Under the pieces are notes generated by a model, which was not told the origin of the DNA, did no database searches, and saw nothing but the letters and a program-made list of their open reading frames with translations. Of a stretch of 62,224 nucleotides of DNA, positions 37,438 to 49,809 are shown one piece after another. Numbering within the stretch: the first letter of the stretch is position 1; the number at the start of each line of letters is the position of its first letter. The translations under genes were made by a program, and so were the position numbers. Source of the stretch: Elsinoe ampelina (taxonomy: Eukaryota); the NCBI GenBank assembly GCA_010093995.1, contig ML992501.1, forward strand, positions 3,244,489 to 3,306,712. Reading direction: 5' to 3'.

Positions 37438-38042
37438 ATGTTCCGGAGAGCACTGGTGTCGGCGAGGCCAATGGCCCGGCCAACGACGATGCGCGCACAA
37501 TTCGCCCAAATACGACAAGCATCCGCGACATTGGGCCAGGATCCCAAGGTGTCGCTCGGACCTGAGCCTTCAGCACTGCCAGAGCTCGACGCCGACAGCG
37601 ATCCCAGGATGGTACGATCTCGACCCCACGCGGGCTGGGCGGAACTGACATGGCGCAGAACGGACAGTATCCCGAACTACCTCGCGTGAAGCGCTCGCTC
37701 CGCGACCCGTATGACAACTGGTGGGATCCACAAGAGAGGAGGAACTACGGCGAGCCGATCCATGAGGACAACGATATCCTTGGTGTCTTCTCGACAGAGC
37801 CATATACACATTTCACGACGAGTTGGGGATGGGTATTGATGGGCACATTCGTAGGGACAGTCTTGACGCTGTGCGGAGTTGTGGCTGTATACTATCCGGA
37901 TAAGCAGAGTGTGCCGAGGACATTCCCAGACGGGCTGGAAAAGGAGCTAGGAGGTGCGGATGCCGTAAAGGTTAGTCAAGGGATGCCCTTTCCGTACCAC
38001 GAGCTGACCACAGGACAGGCGAGGAAGCAGAGTGATGAGTAG
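37438..38042 (+). CDS. NDUFB8: NADH-ubiquinone oxidoreductase ASHI subunit (2 introns)
   Basis: Arg-rich mitochondrial presequence; DPRM-NGQYP..RDPYDNWWDPQERRNYGEPIHEDNDILG, single TM, GLEKELGG. Confidence 0.9.
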
Positions 38043-38304
38043 GGAGATGCACATACCCAGAGAATAAATCAGCGATACAATCCAATTTCGGCCATTTTCC
38101 CCCATGATCCTGTGAACACGCTGCGAATTCCAGCGAGGGAGGAAGTAGCTTCAGAGACTTGCTGGCAGATGAGGTGTTGTGCTGGGCCCTTGCCACAATG
38201 ATGCAAAAGACCATAGAACATGAGGGCATTACATTCGTCAAAGTCATGAACACCGTCTACAGTCACAGCAATCGAGGTGGTCGTCCTCTACGCGCCAAAC
38301 ACTC

Positions 38305-39969
38305 TCAAGCACCATATCTCACTCCCCGTCCGCCCAATGAGCTAGTCCCAGCTTTTTCCCAGAAGTGGTCCACATCTATACCTTTGCTCCTCGCCCATTC
38401 AATAGCATCGGTCCCCAGGTCATTGCAACATGTTATCCTCAGCTTTTTCAGGTCAGGTAGACCTTCAACCAACGCCTTGACACCGACGCCAGTAAGATCA
38501 CTATGACTCAGATCAAGAGCCTGCATACCCTTCATACACTTCAGTATCACAGGGACCAGCTCGCTATCTGTTCGCCGCGCCCCAAACAGCTTGAGCTCCG
38601 TCAAGGAGGAGAGACGTGGCGAGGACAGAGCCGAGTCTGCCCATTCGATTGCCAGCTCCGCCGCGGGGATCGCAAGATGGGTCAGCCCGCTTGGTGTATC
38701 GGACGAGTGTCGAAGGAGAGCTTCAACGTCCTGCATCGTGCGACAGGTCAGACGTTTCAGCCGGGGAAGCATGATCGGAGCTACAACTGGAGTGAAAGTG
38801 CGAGGCGCCGCGCTCAGATAGCAGTTGACACTGAGCTCCTGTAGCGTTTCTGGTAGATTCAACAGAGTCAGAACTCCTGCATCAACGTGCAGCACCTCCA
38901 GCTCTTGCTGATTGGCAAAGTCGAGCTCGGGGGCACCATGTACTTGGCCCCAACCAGATAGGACAAGAGTGTGTAGATTGGGAGAGTGAGCTAGGATGCC
39001 GGAGAGGAAGATGTACGGTATTGGTTGCTTTGGAGCCGCTCGCAGGGTCAGGGATCGTAGTCGAGGTGGTATCTCTGTCCACGTGGCGAGCCTCCGCTCT
39101 CCCTTCAGCTCTTCCGCGGTCAGGGATTCCAGTTGAGGCAGCTTTTTCATAATCAAGCGCAGAGATGACTGTTCGAGGTAAAATCCTGAAAGGCTCAGAC
39201 TGGTCAACCGTGTCGCTTGCGTGAGGGATGAGATGAGCATGTCCACACTTGGAGACGCATGTCGAATCGAGAGGGAACTGAGGTGATTACACCGAGAGGT
39301 CAGGGATGCTATGACAGGATCCACCTTCGCTACCCGGCAGAGCGTCGCTGTGTGTATGCGATGTTGAGATCGATTGATGCAGGTATTGATGAAGGAGGTG
39401 TTGACCGGCTTGATGGCACGACTGAGGTCGAGGTCCGTCCAGAGCCCCGGAAGAGTATGCAACAGTCGCCGCCACGATTTGGACACACTTGTGCACATGG
39501 TCCTCTGCCTGAAGGACAGCTGCAACAGGACCATCTCGACGATCTCCAGAGGCAGCCGAGTGAAAGGGTCGCATTTTGTGTTTGGCAGGAGCAGTAGAAC
39601 AAGCTTCTTGTGCTTGTCCAGCATGCTGTTGTATCCATTGCTCGTCTCCGGCACCATCTTGAGACCTCTTTCGAATATGAGTACCGCGTTATTGGGCTTG
39701 TCCATGTGGTGCAGTATGCGAGCGGCTCGAAGGTATCCTCTGGCGTCCTTTTCGAACTGTCTTATGAGTATCTTTGCATCTTTGAGAGCTGCATCATGGT
39801 CGCCGAGCTTCTCGTGTATCGCTACCCTCAAGTCCAGCTGGGACGCTACGGGAATGTCGCTTGTCTTTATCGCTTCGTCGATGGTCGTGAGAGCGGAGCC
39901 GAAGCTGCCATGTTTGTAAGACGACCTGGCAATTTCCTCCAATTCGGTCGAGGAGAGCCGATGCGGCAT
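38305..39969 (-). CDS. pof3: TPR/F-box/LRR protein (Pof3/Dia2-like)
   Basis: N-terminal TPRs (ALKDAKILIR..ARGYLRAA), F-box DPFTRLPLEIVEMVL..VSKSW, LRRs to the C-terminus. First ATG at 39969. Confidence 0.8.
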   Translation of the reverse strand: MPHRLSSTELEEIARSSYKHGSFGSALTTIDEAIKTSDIPVASQLDLRVAIHEKLGDHDAALKDAKILIRQFEKDARGYLRAARILHHMDKPNNAVLIFERGLKMVPETSNGYNSMLDKHKKLVLLLLPNTKCDPFTRLPLEIVEMVLLQLSFRQRTMCTSVSKSWRRLLHTLPGLWTDLDLSRAIKPVNTSFINTCINRSQHRIHTATLCRVAKVDPVIASLTSRCNHLSSLSIRHASPSVDMLISSLTQATRLTSLSLSGFYLEQSSLRLIMKKLPQLESLTAEELKGERRLATWTEIPPRLRSLTLRAAPKQPIPYIFLSGILAHSPNLHTLVLSGWGQVHGAPELDFANQQELEVLHVDAGVLTLLNLPETLQELSVNCYLSAAPRTFTPVVAPIMLPRLKRLTCRTMQDVEALLRHSSDTPSGLTHLAIPAAELAIEWADSALSSPRLSSLTELKLFGARRTDSELVPVILKCMKGMQALDLSHSDLTGVGVKALVEGLPDLKKLRITCCNDLGTDAIEWARSKGIDVDHFWEKAGTSSLGGRGVRYGA

Positions 39970-40063
39970 GTTGAATGCTGCAGTCGAATCGGAAAAAGGT
40001 GAGCTCGCATATGACAAGAGTTCAAGGGAAGCAAAGATGAATGCGAATGTATCTACTTGATCG

Positions 40064-40145
40064 ACGCGATCGCGACGGGCATTAGAAGTTTAATCTGCGA
40101 TGATGAAATGCGGCTCTGCTCCTAGTTGAGCCACGCGACTCGCGT
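40064..40145. promoter_or_regulatory. MCB-like sites in the pof3/CTNNBL1 divergent promoter
   Basis: ACGCGATCGCGA at 40064-40075; ACGCGA-C-TCGCGT at 40133-40145. Confidence 0.4.
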
Positions 40146-40278
40146 TTCATCAAAGATCGGCAAAAACTGCCCTCGACAAAAAAGCTTCCCCACGCTTGCT
40201 GTACCTTCAAAAGAAGAGCTTGAAGGACCCTCTCTCAACACCAACTCTATCTTCTCGTCTCGCCTACCTTACCACAGC

Positions 40279-42039
40279 ATGACCAGCATCGATGATCTCT
40301 TCCGCAAGCCAAATGGCACCTCCCTGCCCCTCACAAACGGCAAGCGCAAACTCGAAGTCCCCGACGCAACTCAAGTCTACAAATCCACCAAGCTCTCTGC
40401 CTCGGACGACGCAAAGCACGGCTCCAATGGACAGGCCACTGTCGAGGAGGAGGATGAGGAAGATGTCGAGTCAGGTCCGATGCTACCACTAGACGAAGAC
40501 GAGGCCTCCGATGACGAAGAAGGACGATTCTTCGGAGGTGGAGTGACCAGGGATACCAGGCAGGCTATGGACTTTCTCGAGGGAGCAGATGGCGAGGAGA
40601 TAGTCGACGAGAAGATTGATGCAGCTTGGGCTCGACGGTTAGCGACGAATCTAGAACGGAAAATCAACAAGAACAGCGAGCAGCGAGCACGATACGAAGG
40701 GCAGCCTGAAAAATTCATGCAGTCGGAAGCGGAACTGGACGAAGAGATCAAGGGTCTTTCCAATTTGACAGAGCACTCGGAGTACTACGCCGACTTTGTG
40801 CAGATTGGGGGAGCAGAACAATTGGTGGGGCTTCTGGCACACGACAACATTGACATCGCGATCAACGCAATCGAGATCATTGCCGAATTGCTGGATGAGG
40901 ACGTGGAGGTCGAGCAAGAGCAATGGGACACACTAGCAGAGGCGATGCTGAAACCGGATCTGGTCAATCTCCTCGTGCAGAACCTCGAAAGATGTGACGA
41001 GACAGGAAACGAAAGCGACAGACAAGGCGTCTACCATTCACTGGCTGTATTGGAGGCATTGGGGAGTCAGTCAACAACTACGGAGAAAGCTGGTACTGAA
41101 GCGGTCCTTCGATGGCTACTTGGAAGGATTTATAATACCGAGGACGACCTCTCTCAGAACAAACAGTATGCCGCCGAAGTCCTTCAAGTGCTATTACAGG
41201 AATCAACACTCCTACGATCACGAGTCGTGAAGCTCGGTGGCGTCGATGTGATCCTGCAACTGCTAGCTGCATACCGGCGAAAAGATCCTGACGAGAAAAC
41301 CCTAGAAGAAGAGTTCGCCTTCAATCTCTTCAATACTCTCATATGCTTGGTCCAACAGGACGAAGGGAAGCAGGCATTCATCGATGGCGAAGGCACTGAA
41401 CTCATGCTCATTATGATCCGCGAGGGTAAAATGAGCAAGTCCGAGGCTTTCAAAGTACTGGACCATGCTACAGTATCACAAGGGCAAGCTGTCTGCGAGA
41501 AGATCGTCGAGGCCGCGGGTCTTAAGACCATCTTCGGAGTCTTCAAGAAGAAGCTCGACAACAAGACAATCGAGAATGTGTTGGACATCCTGTCGGCAAT
41601 GCTGCGATTCCTCCCTGGAGACAGCTCGGAACGGATACGGACCCTCGCCAAATTCACAGAGAAGGATTGCGAGAAGATCTCCAAGCTACTGGAGTGGCGG
41701 CAGAAGTACTCCAAGGACTTGTCCGGCGTCGATAAGCAGATCAGCAAAGAGCGCCGAGCATTAACAGATGAAGATCAGCTCGAGATGGCGGACCAGTGGT
41801 ATTTTCGGCGTCTTGACGCAGGTCTGGTCGTCCTGCAAACACTCAACGTCATTCTCGCTTGGCTATTCGCTGAAGACAAAGCAGCTGCCAAGGCAATACG
41901 TGCCGGATTGGAGAACGTTGGCGAGGCACCAGTCGATGTTATAAAGGCTTTGAAGGAGCAGCTCGACAGCATGGACAAGGAGGTCGATGAAGACTATGCT
42001 GAAATGCTCGAGGCTTTGATCGGTGCACTACCGTCATAG
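40279..42039 (+). CDS. CTNNBL1: Beta-catenin-like protein 1 (Prp19-complex-associated)
   Basis: MTSIDDLF..EEGRFFGGG, KNSEQRARY..PEKFMQSEAELD, LLAHDNIDIA, RRLDAGL. Confidence 0.9.
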   Translation: MTSIDDLFRKPNGTSLPLTNGKRKLEVPDATQVYKSTKLSASDDAKHGSNGQATVEEEDEEDVESGPMLPLDEDEASDDEEGRFFGGGVTRDTRQAMDFLEGADGEEIVDEKIDAAWARRLATNLERKINKNSEQRARYEGQPEKFMQSEAELDEEIKGLSNLTEHSEYYADFVQIGGAEQLVGLLAHDNIDIAINAIEIIAELLDEDVEVEQEQWDTLAEAMLKPDLVNLLVQNLERCDETGNESDRQGVYHSLAVLEALGSQSTTTEKAGTEAVLRWLLGRIYNTEDDLSQNKQYAAEVLQVLLQESTLLRSRVVKLGGVDVILQLLAAYRRKDPDEKTLEEEFAFNLFNTLICLVQQDEGKQAFIDGEGTELMLIMIREGKMSKSEAFKVLDHATVSQGQAVCEKIVEAAGLKTIFGVFKKKLDNKTIENVLDILSAMLRFLPGDSSERIRTLAKFTEKDCEKISKLLEWRQKYSKDLSGVDKQISKERRALTDEDQLEMADQWYFRRLDAGLVVLQTLNVILAWLFAEDKAAAKAIRAGLENVGEAPVDVIKALKEQLDSMDKEVDEDYAEMLEALIGALPS

Positions 42040-42077
42040 CTGAATTCGTAAACTCATTAATGATACCCAACAGCCTG

Positions 42078-43506
42078 TCATCGGCGGTGACGGTGCCTGT
42101 CGTCGTGACGATCAGATCGTCTTTCAGAATATCTGTCTCTCTCCCTGTCCCTGTCTCTGCCCCCTTCCTCCCTCCTGCGGCGGTCATCGTAACTATGCCT
42201 GTCTCGCTTCGGGCTCCTGCTCCTCGAGCGCCGGCGATCAGTGACCCTCTCAGTATCATCCCCGCCGTCTCTGCGGCGCTCGCTACGGTCGAATACATAC
42301 CCATACCTATCCCCTCCCCGATCCCTCTCTGTTTCCCTGTAGTGCCGCTTCTTCTCAAGGCTGTCAACTCCACCAAAACCTCCCTTCTTCCGCGCCGTCT
42401 TTGATTTGGCAGTGTCCCGCCAAGAATCTGCCAGTCGACTGACACTTTGTGAGAAGTCAACATGAATTCTGTGATCGTCGATGAGAACACCCTGCATCTT
42501 GAAATATGCACGTTCACAATCCTCCTTGCTGGCGAATTCGATGAAAGCGTACTGCAAGCTGTCCCCTGTCTTCTTGTCCCGGATCACTTCGCACGAAAGG
42601 ATTTTGCCGAACCGTGAAAAGATCAGCTCCAGGTCTTCGTCTTGTGTGACAGGGTTGAGCTTGCATACGAAGAGGACTTGCTCAGGCGGGGTGATGTCGG
42701 CAGATGGCAGATCACCGATGAGCTCGAGGGTCAGGGCTTGAGCGCGAGCTTCCCGTTCCCTTCGCAGCTTCTCCAGCGCCTCGGGGTCCGTATTCTCACT
42801 GAGCTCCTCATCGTGTGCGATCCTGACAGTAGCGAGTTGCTCCTTGGAGGGGACGGGGCTTCCTGGCGGCTCTTCGACACCAGGCAGATCGTCGAATGGG
42901 TCATCTAAGACGACAGTGTGCAACACACGGATGTCCTTGAGCGGTCGGCCGGTGTCGTCAATAAAGGCTCCATTGATCTTCTCCAGCGCATCGAACCCCT
43001 CCACGACCTCCCCAAAGACAGCTGCCTTCCCATCCAGTAGGTCCACATTGTCCCCGAGCGTGATCAGGAATTGACTGGCTGCAAATCGCTTGTCGGGATC
43101 ATTGCGGGAAGGAGTGGTCGCAAAGCTCACCGTCCCACGCTCTGTGTGCTTCCTCCTCGGTATGAACTCGGGCTCGAATGTGCTTGTACTCGGGCGCTTT
43201 GCCTTCTTGCTGGTGCCGTCCGGCAATCCCCATATGCTCGATCCTCCATCACTGCCTTGTGCATCTGGCCCGATTGGATCGCCCGTCTGGAATGAGAAAT
43301 TTGGCTGGACATTGTAAACAGGCGAGAAGTTGTAGTATTTGATTTTGCATAATTTGAGGAAGCTGTTTCAAGTCAGACTAGTTCATGCATCAGCCGATGA
43401 ATAAATTGACAGCATCTGTGACTTACTTCTCGCAAGACTTTGGCGCGTCATCGACAAATAGATCGATCGTGATGTCGCCAGCCGATGTCTCGAGGAGGAC
43501 AGACAT
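42078..43506 (-). CDS. PPIL4: Cyclophilin-RRM peptidyl-prolyl isomerase-like 4 (1 intron)
   Basis: [67 protein letters not shown] tail. Confidence 0.93.
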
Positions 43507-44944
43507 GGCTGTCAGTGAGCCAGGGATGAGCCGTGTAGGGCGAGAAAAAATCGACAGGCAGGACGCTAGCTGCAGCTGCCGAGTGTCTGTTGACTGTAAG
43601 GCTACCAGACCTGTCAGATTGATGCAGGTAACTTAGACAGCAAACGTGAATTGCATGCAGGACGAGCCTCTGAAGGAGCTTTGACAGTTTTTCTGCCGCT
43701 CGAGCAGTTTCGGGATCGACGCCCCGAAAAGTTTAGCGCCGCCGGACTGCCAAACCTCCCCAACCTCATCTCTTCTCTTCGTGTCAAACGGAATCATTGG
43801 GCTAGTCTGGGTGGTACAAACGAGGGGCCAATGATTTGTTGAGATCACAGCAGATGCCATATGAGGTTCTTTTCATCGCCAAAGACCTTCAGAACCTCGA
43901 CAGATCGGAGCACGTCGTGATCGAGATACTCACAAGTCGATGATGATCGATCTTGCAAACACTCATGTCCTTGACTTTGCAGGGACCGAAACTCATGGCA
44001 TGCATGATGGCAAGATGGATCGGAATCTACGCGACCTCGCCGGCTTCGGCAGCTCAAACGAGGTACTTGCACAATGTACCGTACTACAAACGACAATGCA
44101 CCGTACCACAAACGACACGACTGCACCACCACCCAGGATTGAAGGAGCGCTAGATTGTAATGGCTTCCTGAACACGATGACTCGTTCATCACTCACCGCA
44201 TTCGTACTGGGATTTGTGATGCAATCATCCTGGTGATTTTTTGGTTTTGTTGTTGACAATAATACACGGCGAGGCACTGATGTATCGCAGTAGGCGTGAA
44301 AGCCACAAATGATGGGACTGAATATTTGAAATTGACTGCTCTGCCCTTCAAACTGGTGAGCATTCCGTGTTTTCATCTTCCTTCCTTCAATTTGGCAAAC
44401 ATGGTTGAAAGCACTGACGATGCGGCAATCTCATGTCGGACACAAACGCACAAGACCAAGGAGCTGATGGAGTTGTGCGACTTCAAATCCTCTTTGTAAA
44501 TGACTGAGCCCACTCACATCGTTTGCAATGATTGCTGCTGCAGAATATCCCTGCATCATTGTTTGCCTGCCAGCCCACGCATTGTGCAGTTGATGAGGAT
44601 GAGACACCACCGTGTGCGAGGCAACCCAGCCCCGCTACTGCAATCTCCATAGCAGCCAAACAATTCACAGCTTCAAAAGTGCACCAAAGACTTGGTGTGC
44701 AGCTGTGAAGTTTCCTTGGTTCCCCTTTGCGCCTTGCCCCTCACTTCGACTCAACCAAATCCAGTTGTGAGAGAGATAGCTCCCGATCAGACAAAATCAT
44801 ATTGTCTTTCAGGTGTGTATAAAGTCCTCTGATCATCTCGTTGGTGTAGCTCTGCACCATCCTCATCTCTCTCGGTAGCACCAACACACATCTGCCGCGA
44901 CACCACCTCCTTCATGAGCAAAGTTGTCACCATCATTGGCTAAA

Positions 44945-46197
44945 ATGGCGCTTGTACAGACATCCTTCCCACACGTGCTTCTTCCTCTCTACCCTTCCAT
45001 CCAAGCGCCTTTTCCTGTGCCTCCCATGGCAGTACAGAACCACTCGTTGGCGCTTCGTCGATCCCATCCTCGAAGGAGCACGTCCGCTGAGCAGCGAAGT
45101 TCCTCCTCGCCATGTCCGACCGCCCGGTCCCGACTGGAGAGCACAGCACGTGTTCAGAAATCGAGCAGGGTCGATAAATGCCGGATTACCATGGCTGTGA
45201 GTCTTCCGTCTTTTCAAGCATTCTTATCACTAATTGCCTCAGTGCAAGAATTGCCGGGATCGCAAGATCAAGTGTTCCGGACCCATAGAAGAGAATGATG
45301 GTTCCTGCGTGGCTTGCAAAGCTAAGGGAAACGACAAGGAGCAGTGCGAGTTCCTCCGAGTAAGTCTCTTCAGCATTGCAATTTGATGTCAACTGACGTC
45401 TTCAGGTTGAGTGCCTAGAGGTTTACTTTTTTCCGACGCATAGCGAGGCTGTTTCGAGCGGACTGGAGCGTGTCTCCTACAACAGCGTGGCAAGAGTCTT
45501 CGGCAAACCACCGGTCAAACGATCGAAGGCAGACGTTGGACAACGAAATCTTCACCACTCTGAGTCGCCCTCTGATCACTTCCTTGTCCCGTCTTCGCCA
45601 CGCCCACGTACGATCAACACCACGCCCATGATAGGAAGGGCCCAGCATGGCTCCGCTCAGCATGGACGGTATGATGCGCCTCTGTCTCACAGCTCAGATG
45701 GCCATTTCCTGGACATGGACCCACTTACAAGACACATGAGCGCTCCAGATCTACCGCCTGCTTGTGGTTGGCGCCGGCAGGACAGCGCCGTCTCAACGCT
45801 CTCAGCTCCGGTCTCAACCACCGCTCCGATATTTTCAGCACCTTCGGTTACCAATCCCGTAACTGCTGCTGATGCTGCTCGCCTGCCATGTCCCGCCAGC
45901 GTTCCGACGACAAGCACATCTTGGGACTACGGTGGAATTTGGTCCTCAACAGGTGCATCATCGTTGGTACCGTACAGCAGTGACTACTCCACGTCAGGTA
46001 CAAGCGGTTCGCTGTCGGGTTCGACATATCCAGCGGTCTCGGACAGAGACTGGCAGGGTCATGCGGCAAATAGCGGGTGGCACAGCTTGGGAGCGAGCGG
46101 AGCAGATGTGACTGGTAGTACCAGCTATGCTGGAGGTCAAGCGGACTACCAGGTCGTATCTGGTATGGCGGTCGCAGACATGGGTTGGGCCACTTGA
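44945..46197 (+). CDS. Zn(II)2Cys6 transcription factor (2 introns)
   Basis: Introns 45197-45242 and 45360-45405 give RITMA-CKNCRDRKIKCSGPIEENDGSCVACKAKGNDKEQCEFLR-V, in frame with ORF 45487-46197. Start 44945 or 45026. Confidence 0.8.
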
Positions 46198-46462
46198 GTG
46201 GCGGGAGGAGAGGAAGTCGGCACCATACTCCTGCAATAATATCACCACTATTGCTGTGCAAGAGTGGTCGGAGTATGGTGCATACAATCTTGGGGAAGAG
46301 CTGGGATAGCGGCATCTCCCTTCTCCACAATATTAGATATACACGAATTTGATTCAACCCATTGCTTCTGATAGCCTGAAGACGCCGCCTCCAGTGCAGC
46401 CAGTGTGATGAGTATCCAGGTCTCTCGCAGGGGTCTTTGTTTGTATTCCGCCCGGTAGATAT

Positions 46463-47519
46463 CTACAATTTGCTCGAACCATCCTGCGGGACCTTCACCA
46501 CCACTTTACCCCACGTGTCCCTCGCCCCTAGCGCCCTCAAAGCCTCTGGCACCGTCTCCAAGCCGACGTATTCCTTGTCGGTGAAACAGGTGCCTCTAAA
46601 CCTCCCGGTCTCCATCAGGTCAAACAGTCCATCCCATACACCCTTGATGGCCTCTGGCTCGTTGATGGCATATGCTCCCCAGTGGAGTCCGACGACGCTG
46701 ATGTTCTTCAATAAGATTCTGTTGACGGCCACCTTCTCAATCTCGCCAGCCGCAAAGCCAATAACCAATATCCGACCATTCCAGGCCGTGCAGCTCATAC
46801 TCTTTGTGACCATTCCAACCGGGTCATAGACAATATCCACACCCCGGCCCTTCGGCGTCAGCTTCTTGACCAGGTCCGGCCATATTGGATCCTTGTAGTC
46901 CACAAGATGATCCGCCCCGAATGCTTTGGCAACTTCCAGCTTATGTTGTGTACCTGCTGTAGCCACGACGATCGCTCCAAAAGCTTTTGCAATCTGCACC
47001 GCAGCGAGACCTACACCTCCTGCCGCAGCGTGTACCAGCACCCAGTCCCCCTTCTTGATGTTCGCTCTCGTCACTAGGGCTGCGTAGCTGGTCGGGGCGG
47101 TGACGAAGAGTCCAGCGCTCTCGAAGAATCCCCACCCTTTTGCCATGGGCCGCAGTTGTGATTCGATTGCGCAGATCTTGGTAGCATAACCCCCTTGCGC
47201 GGCACCAAAGACCTTGTCGCCGACCTTGAAGCCGTTGGCAGCGCCATTTGATGGTACAGAAAGAATGACACCGCTGAACTCGGATCCAGAGACCCACGGG
47301 AGCGGTGGTTGGTGTTGGTACTTGCCGCGGATCTGAAGGAGGTCAAAGAAGTTGGTCGCTGTAGCGTGGATCTCGATGAGGTATTGGTCTGGTTTTGGAG
47401 AAGGATCTGGAAGGTCGACGACTTTCATGTCCTCCGGGCCCTGTTTTTTGTTAGAATTGCTCTTGGCGGAGGTTGATATGATTGACCTTTAGGTACTCTT
47501 TCACTTGGATGCCCCGCAT
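46463..47519 (-). CDS. NADPH:quinone oxidoreductase / zeta-crystallin-like MDR (1 intron)
   Basis: Exon 1 MRGIQVKEYLK; NFFDLLQIRGKYQ, VLVHAAAGGVGLAAVQ, GVDIVYDPVG, GKVVV. Confidence 0.9.
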
Positions 47520-48106
47520 TGCTGATCCCTGAAGACGTGTGGGCTATGGACGGGACGAGTAGGAGAGAAAGCGTGGATAACTCTATGAGCGAGGGCTACA
47601 AGGCTGAGAAAAGAGCAGTATCTTGGGCAATTGCAGATTATTGAAGAGCAGGAGAAGAAGGAGAATGAAGTGACTTGTGATTAGTTTCGATGCTCCCTCC
47701 CCACAACCAAACAACCTCGGCTCTCCAGCCTTGCATTTGATAATGACGGGGATCCCACGCGAGCAGCAATCAGGGTTCCGGAAGCTAATGAGAAAGAGGT
47801 AAGGTGAGTTTGCTTGACTCGCGAAGACGCCGCAGACTCGCAGAGTTTACTGTATGACGTCCATCGGTTTCCCTTGTCTTCTGAAGACACAAGACAAGAA
47901 GCTGCGAGCACTACCAAGCCTGCATCAAGAATACTTTACCACAACCCCTGCCTTGCATATCAGACAGCGACCGCAAGCTCCCCATCAAGCTCAAAAGCCC
48001 CTGCCTCTATCATACATCAGCCATCAGCGGTGTCGAAGGCCCAACAGAGCTGAGGATTGTCCCACACAGCTCCCCTCTCCCCTTCACTTCCCACCAAGCA
48101 GGGATC

Positions 48107-49580
48107 ATGGCGGAAGAAGGAGGTACTGAAGAGGCACAGCTCACCTTCAACGTCAAATCCTCCACAGACAGCAAATACGTCATCACAGTCCCCGCCTCCA
48201 TCACCGTCGCAGACCTGAAGCAGAAGCTCTCGTCCTCAGAATACGCAGATATTCCAGCAGCACGCCAAAGACTGATCTATTCCGGCCGCGTACTCAAGGA
48301 TCCAGACACGCTCGCATCATACAAGATCAAGGACGGGAACACAGTACATCTCGTAAAAGGCGCAGACAGTAACGCACGTCAGAACCCAGCAGACCAAGGT
48401 GGTTCGGCAACCGGCGCGAATCCTACAAACCCAGCATCGAATGTCCCTTCCAACATAGCTGCAGGCACTGGTGCTCACAACCCGCTAGCTGGTCTGACAG
48501 GAGCACGGTATGCTGGGTTTGGGCAGCTTCCGGGCATGAACATGTTTGGGGCGGATGGAGGAGTGAGTTTCGTCTCCATTTGTACTTCTCTTACATACTG
48601 ACTTTCATCAGATGGGTGCTCCTCCAGATCCTGATCAGCTTCTCCGCCTCCTCGAAGACCCAAACTTTTCCCAGCAGATGAACGAAGCAATGAACAACCC
48701 CGCAGTCCTGGATATGATGCGCAACAACCCCATGATGCGTAACAATCCGATGGCACAACAAGTCCTCAATAACCCCGAACTCCGCCGCTTCATGTTCAAC
48801 CCCGAGTTCATCCGTGCACAGCTCAACTTACAAAGACAGATGGGCGGCATGGGTATGCCAGGAGCAGGAGGTGGTGACTTTCCAGCACCAGGCAACACGG
48901 ACACCACTCCTGGGCAGCAAACCCAAGGACAGACCGGTCAACAACAAGCCAACCCATTTGCTGGATTCGGTGGATCTTCGGGTGCAAACCCTTTCGCTGC
49001 ACTGTTTGGTGGCAACCCCGGAGCTGTTCAAGGCACAACCCCGGCTGCCACCCCGCCCGTCGGCTCGACAGGGCAAGGCACTCCGGCGACTCAGACGCCT
49101 GGCGCGGATGGTCAGGGGCAGAACCAGCAACAGCAGAATCCCTTCGCCAATCTAGCTGGCCTAATGAATCCTCAAGGAGGACAGGGAGGTACAGACCCAT
49201 TGGCGGAGATGACACGAGCCATGATGCAGAACCCGGAAATGATGAGGAGCGTCATGAACATGATGGGCGGAATGGGTGCGCCGGGCGCTGGTCAAGGCGC
49301 CGAGGGACAGGGTCAAGGTCAGGGACAGCAAGGGCAGAATCCTTTTGGCTTCAACCCATTCATGTTCGGCGGCCCGTTCGGTCAGCAAGGAGGCTTCGGG
49401 GGTACAGGAGGCCAGCAACAACCTGCGGACACGCGACCACCGGAGGAGATGTATGCCGATCAACTGCGACAGCTCAATGAGATGGGCTTCTACGAGTTCG
49501 ACCGGAACGTTCGAGCATTGCGCATGTGCGGAGGCAATGTCCAGGGCGCCGTGGAGATGCTACTGGGTGGAGGTGTCTGA
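48107..49580 (+). CDS. DSK2: Ubiquilin UBL-STI1-UBA protein (intron 48563-48611)
   Basis: [18 protein letters not shown]-rich STI1 motifs; [21 protein letters not shown]. Confidence 0.93.
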
Positions 49581-49809
49581 AACCAGAAAGTCTGATGATC
49601 TCAGCAAAAGACGTAGGAACATTCGGTCTAGTGTGCCGCGACCATGGGTATGGTCCTCAACGGAAAAATGGATCTGAACTACTCTGAGCTCGCGCTGTCA
49701 CAACCTGATAGGTGGAAGATACATCCAGGACTCGATATATGAACGGAATGAACAATCATGACTCCTGCGTCAATTCACTGTATCACTTCGTGAAAGCTTG
49801 TCACAGTTG

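Noticed and set aside
10200..49600. Starship carrying the gene island
   Set aside because: No DUF3435 captain at either boundary, and the genes include conserved housekeeping functions.
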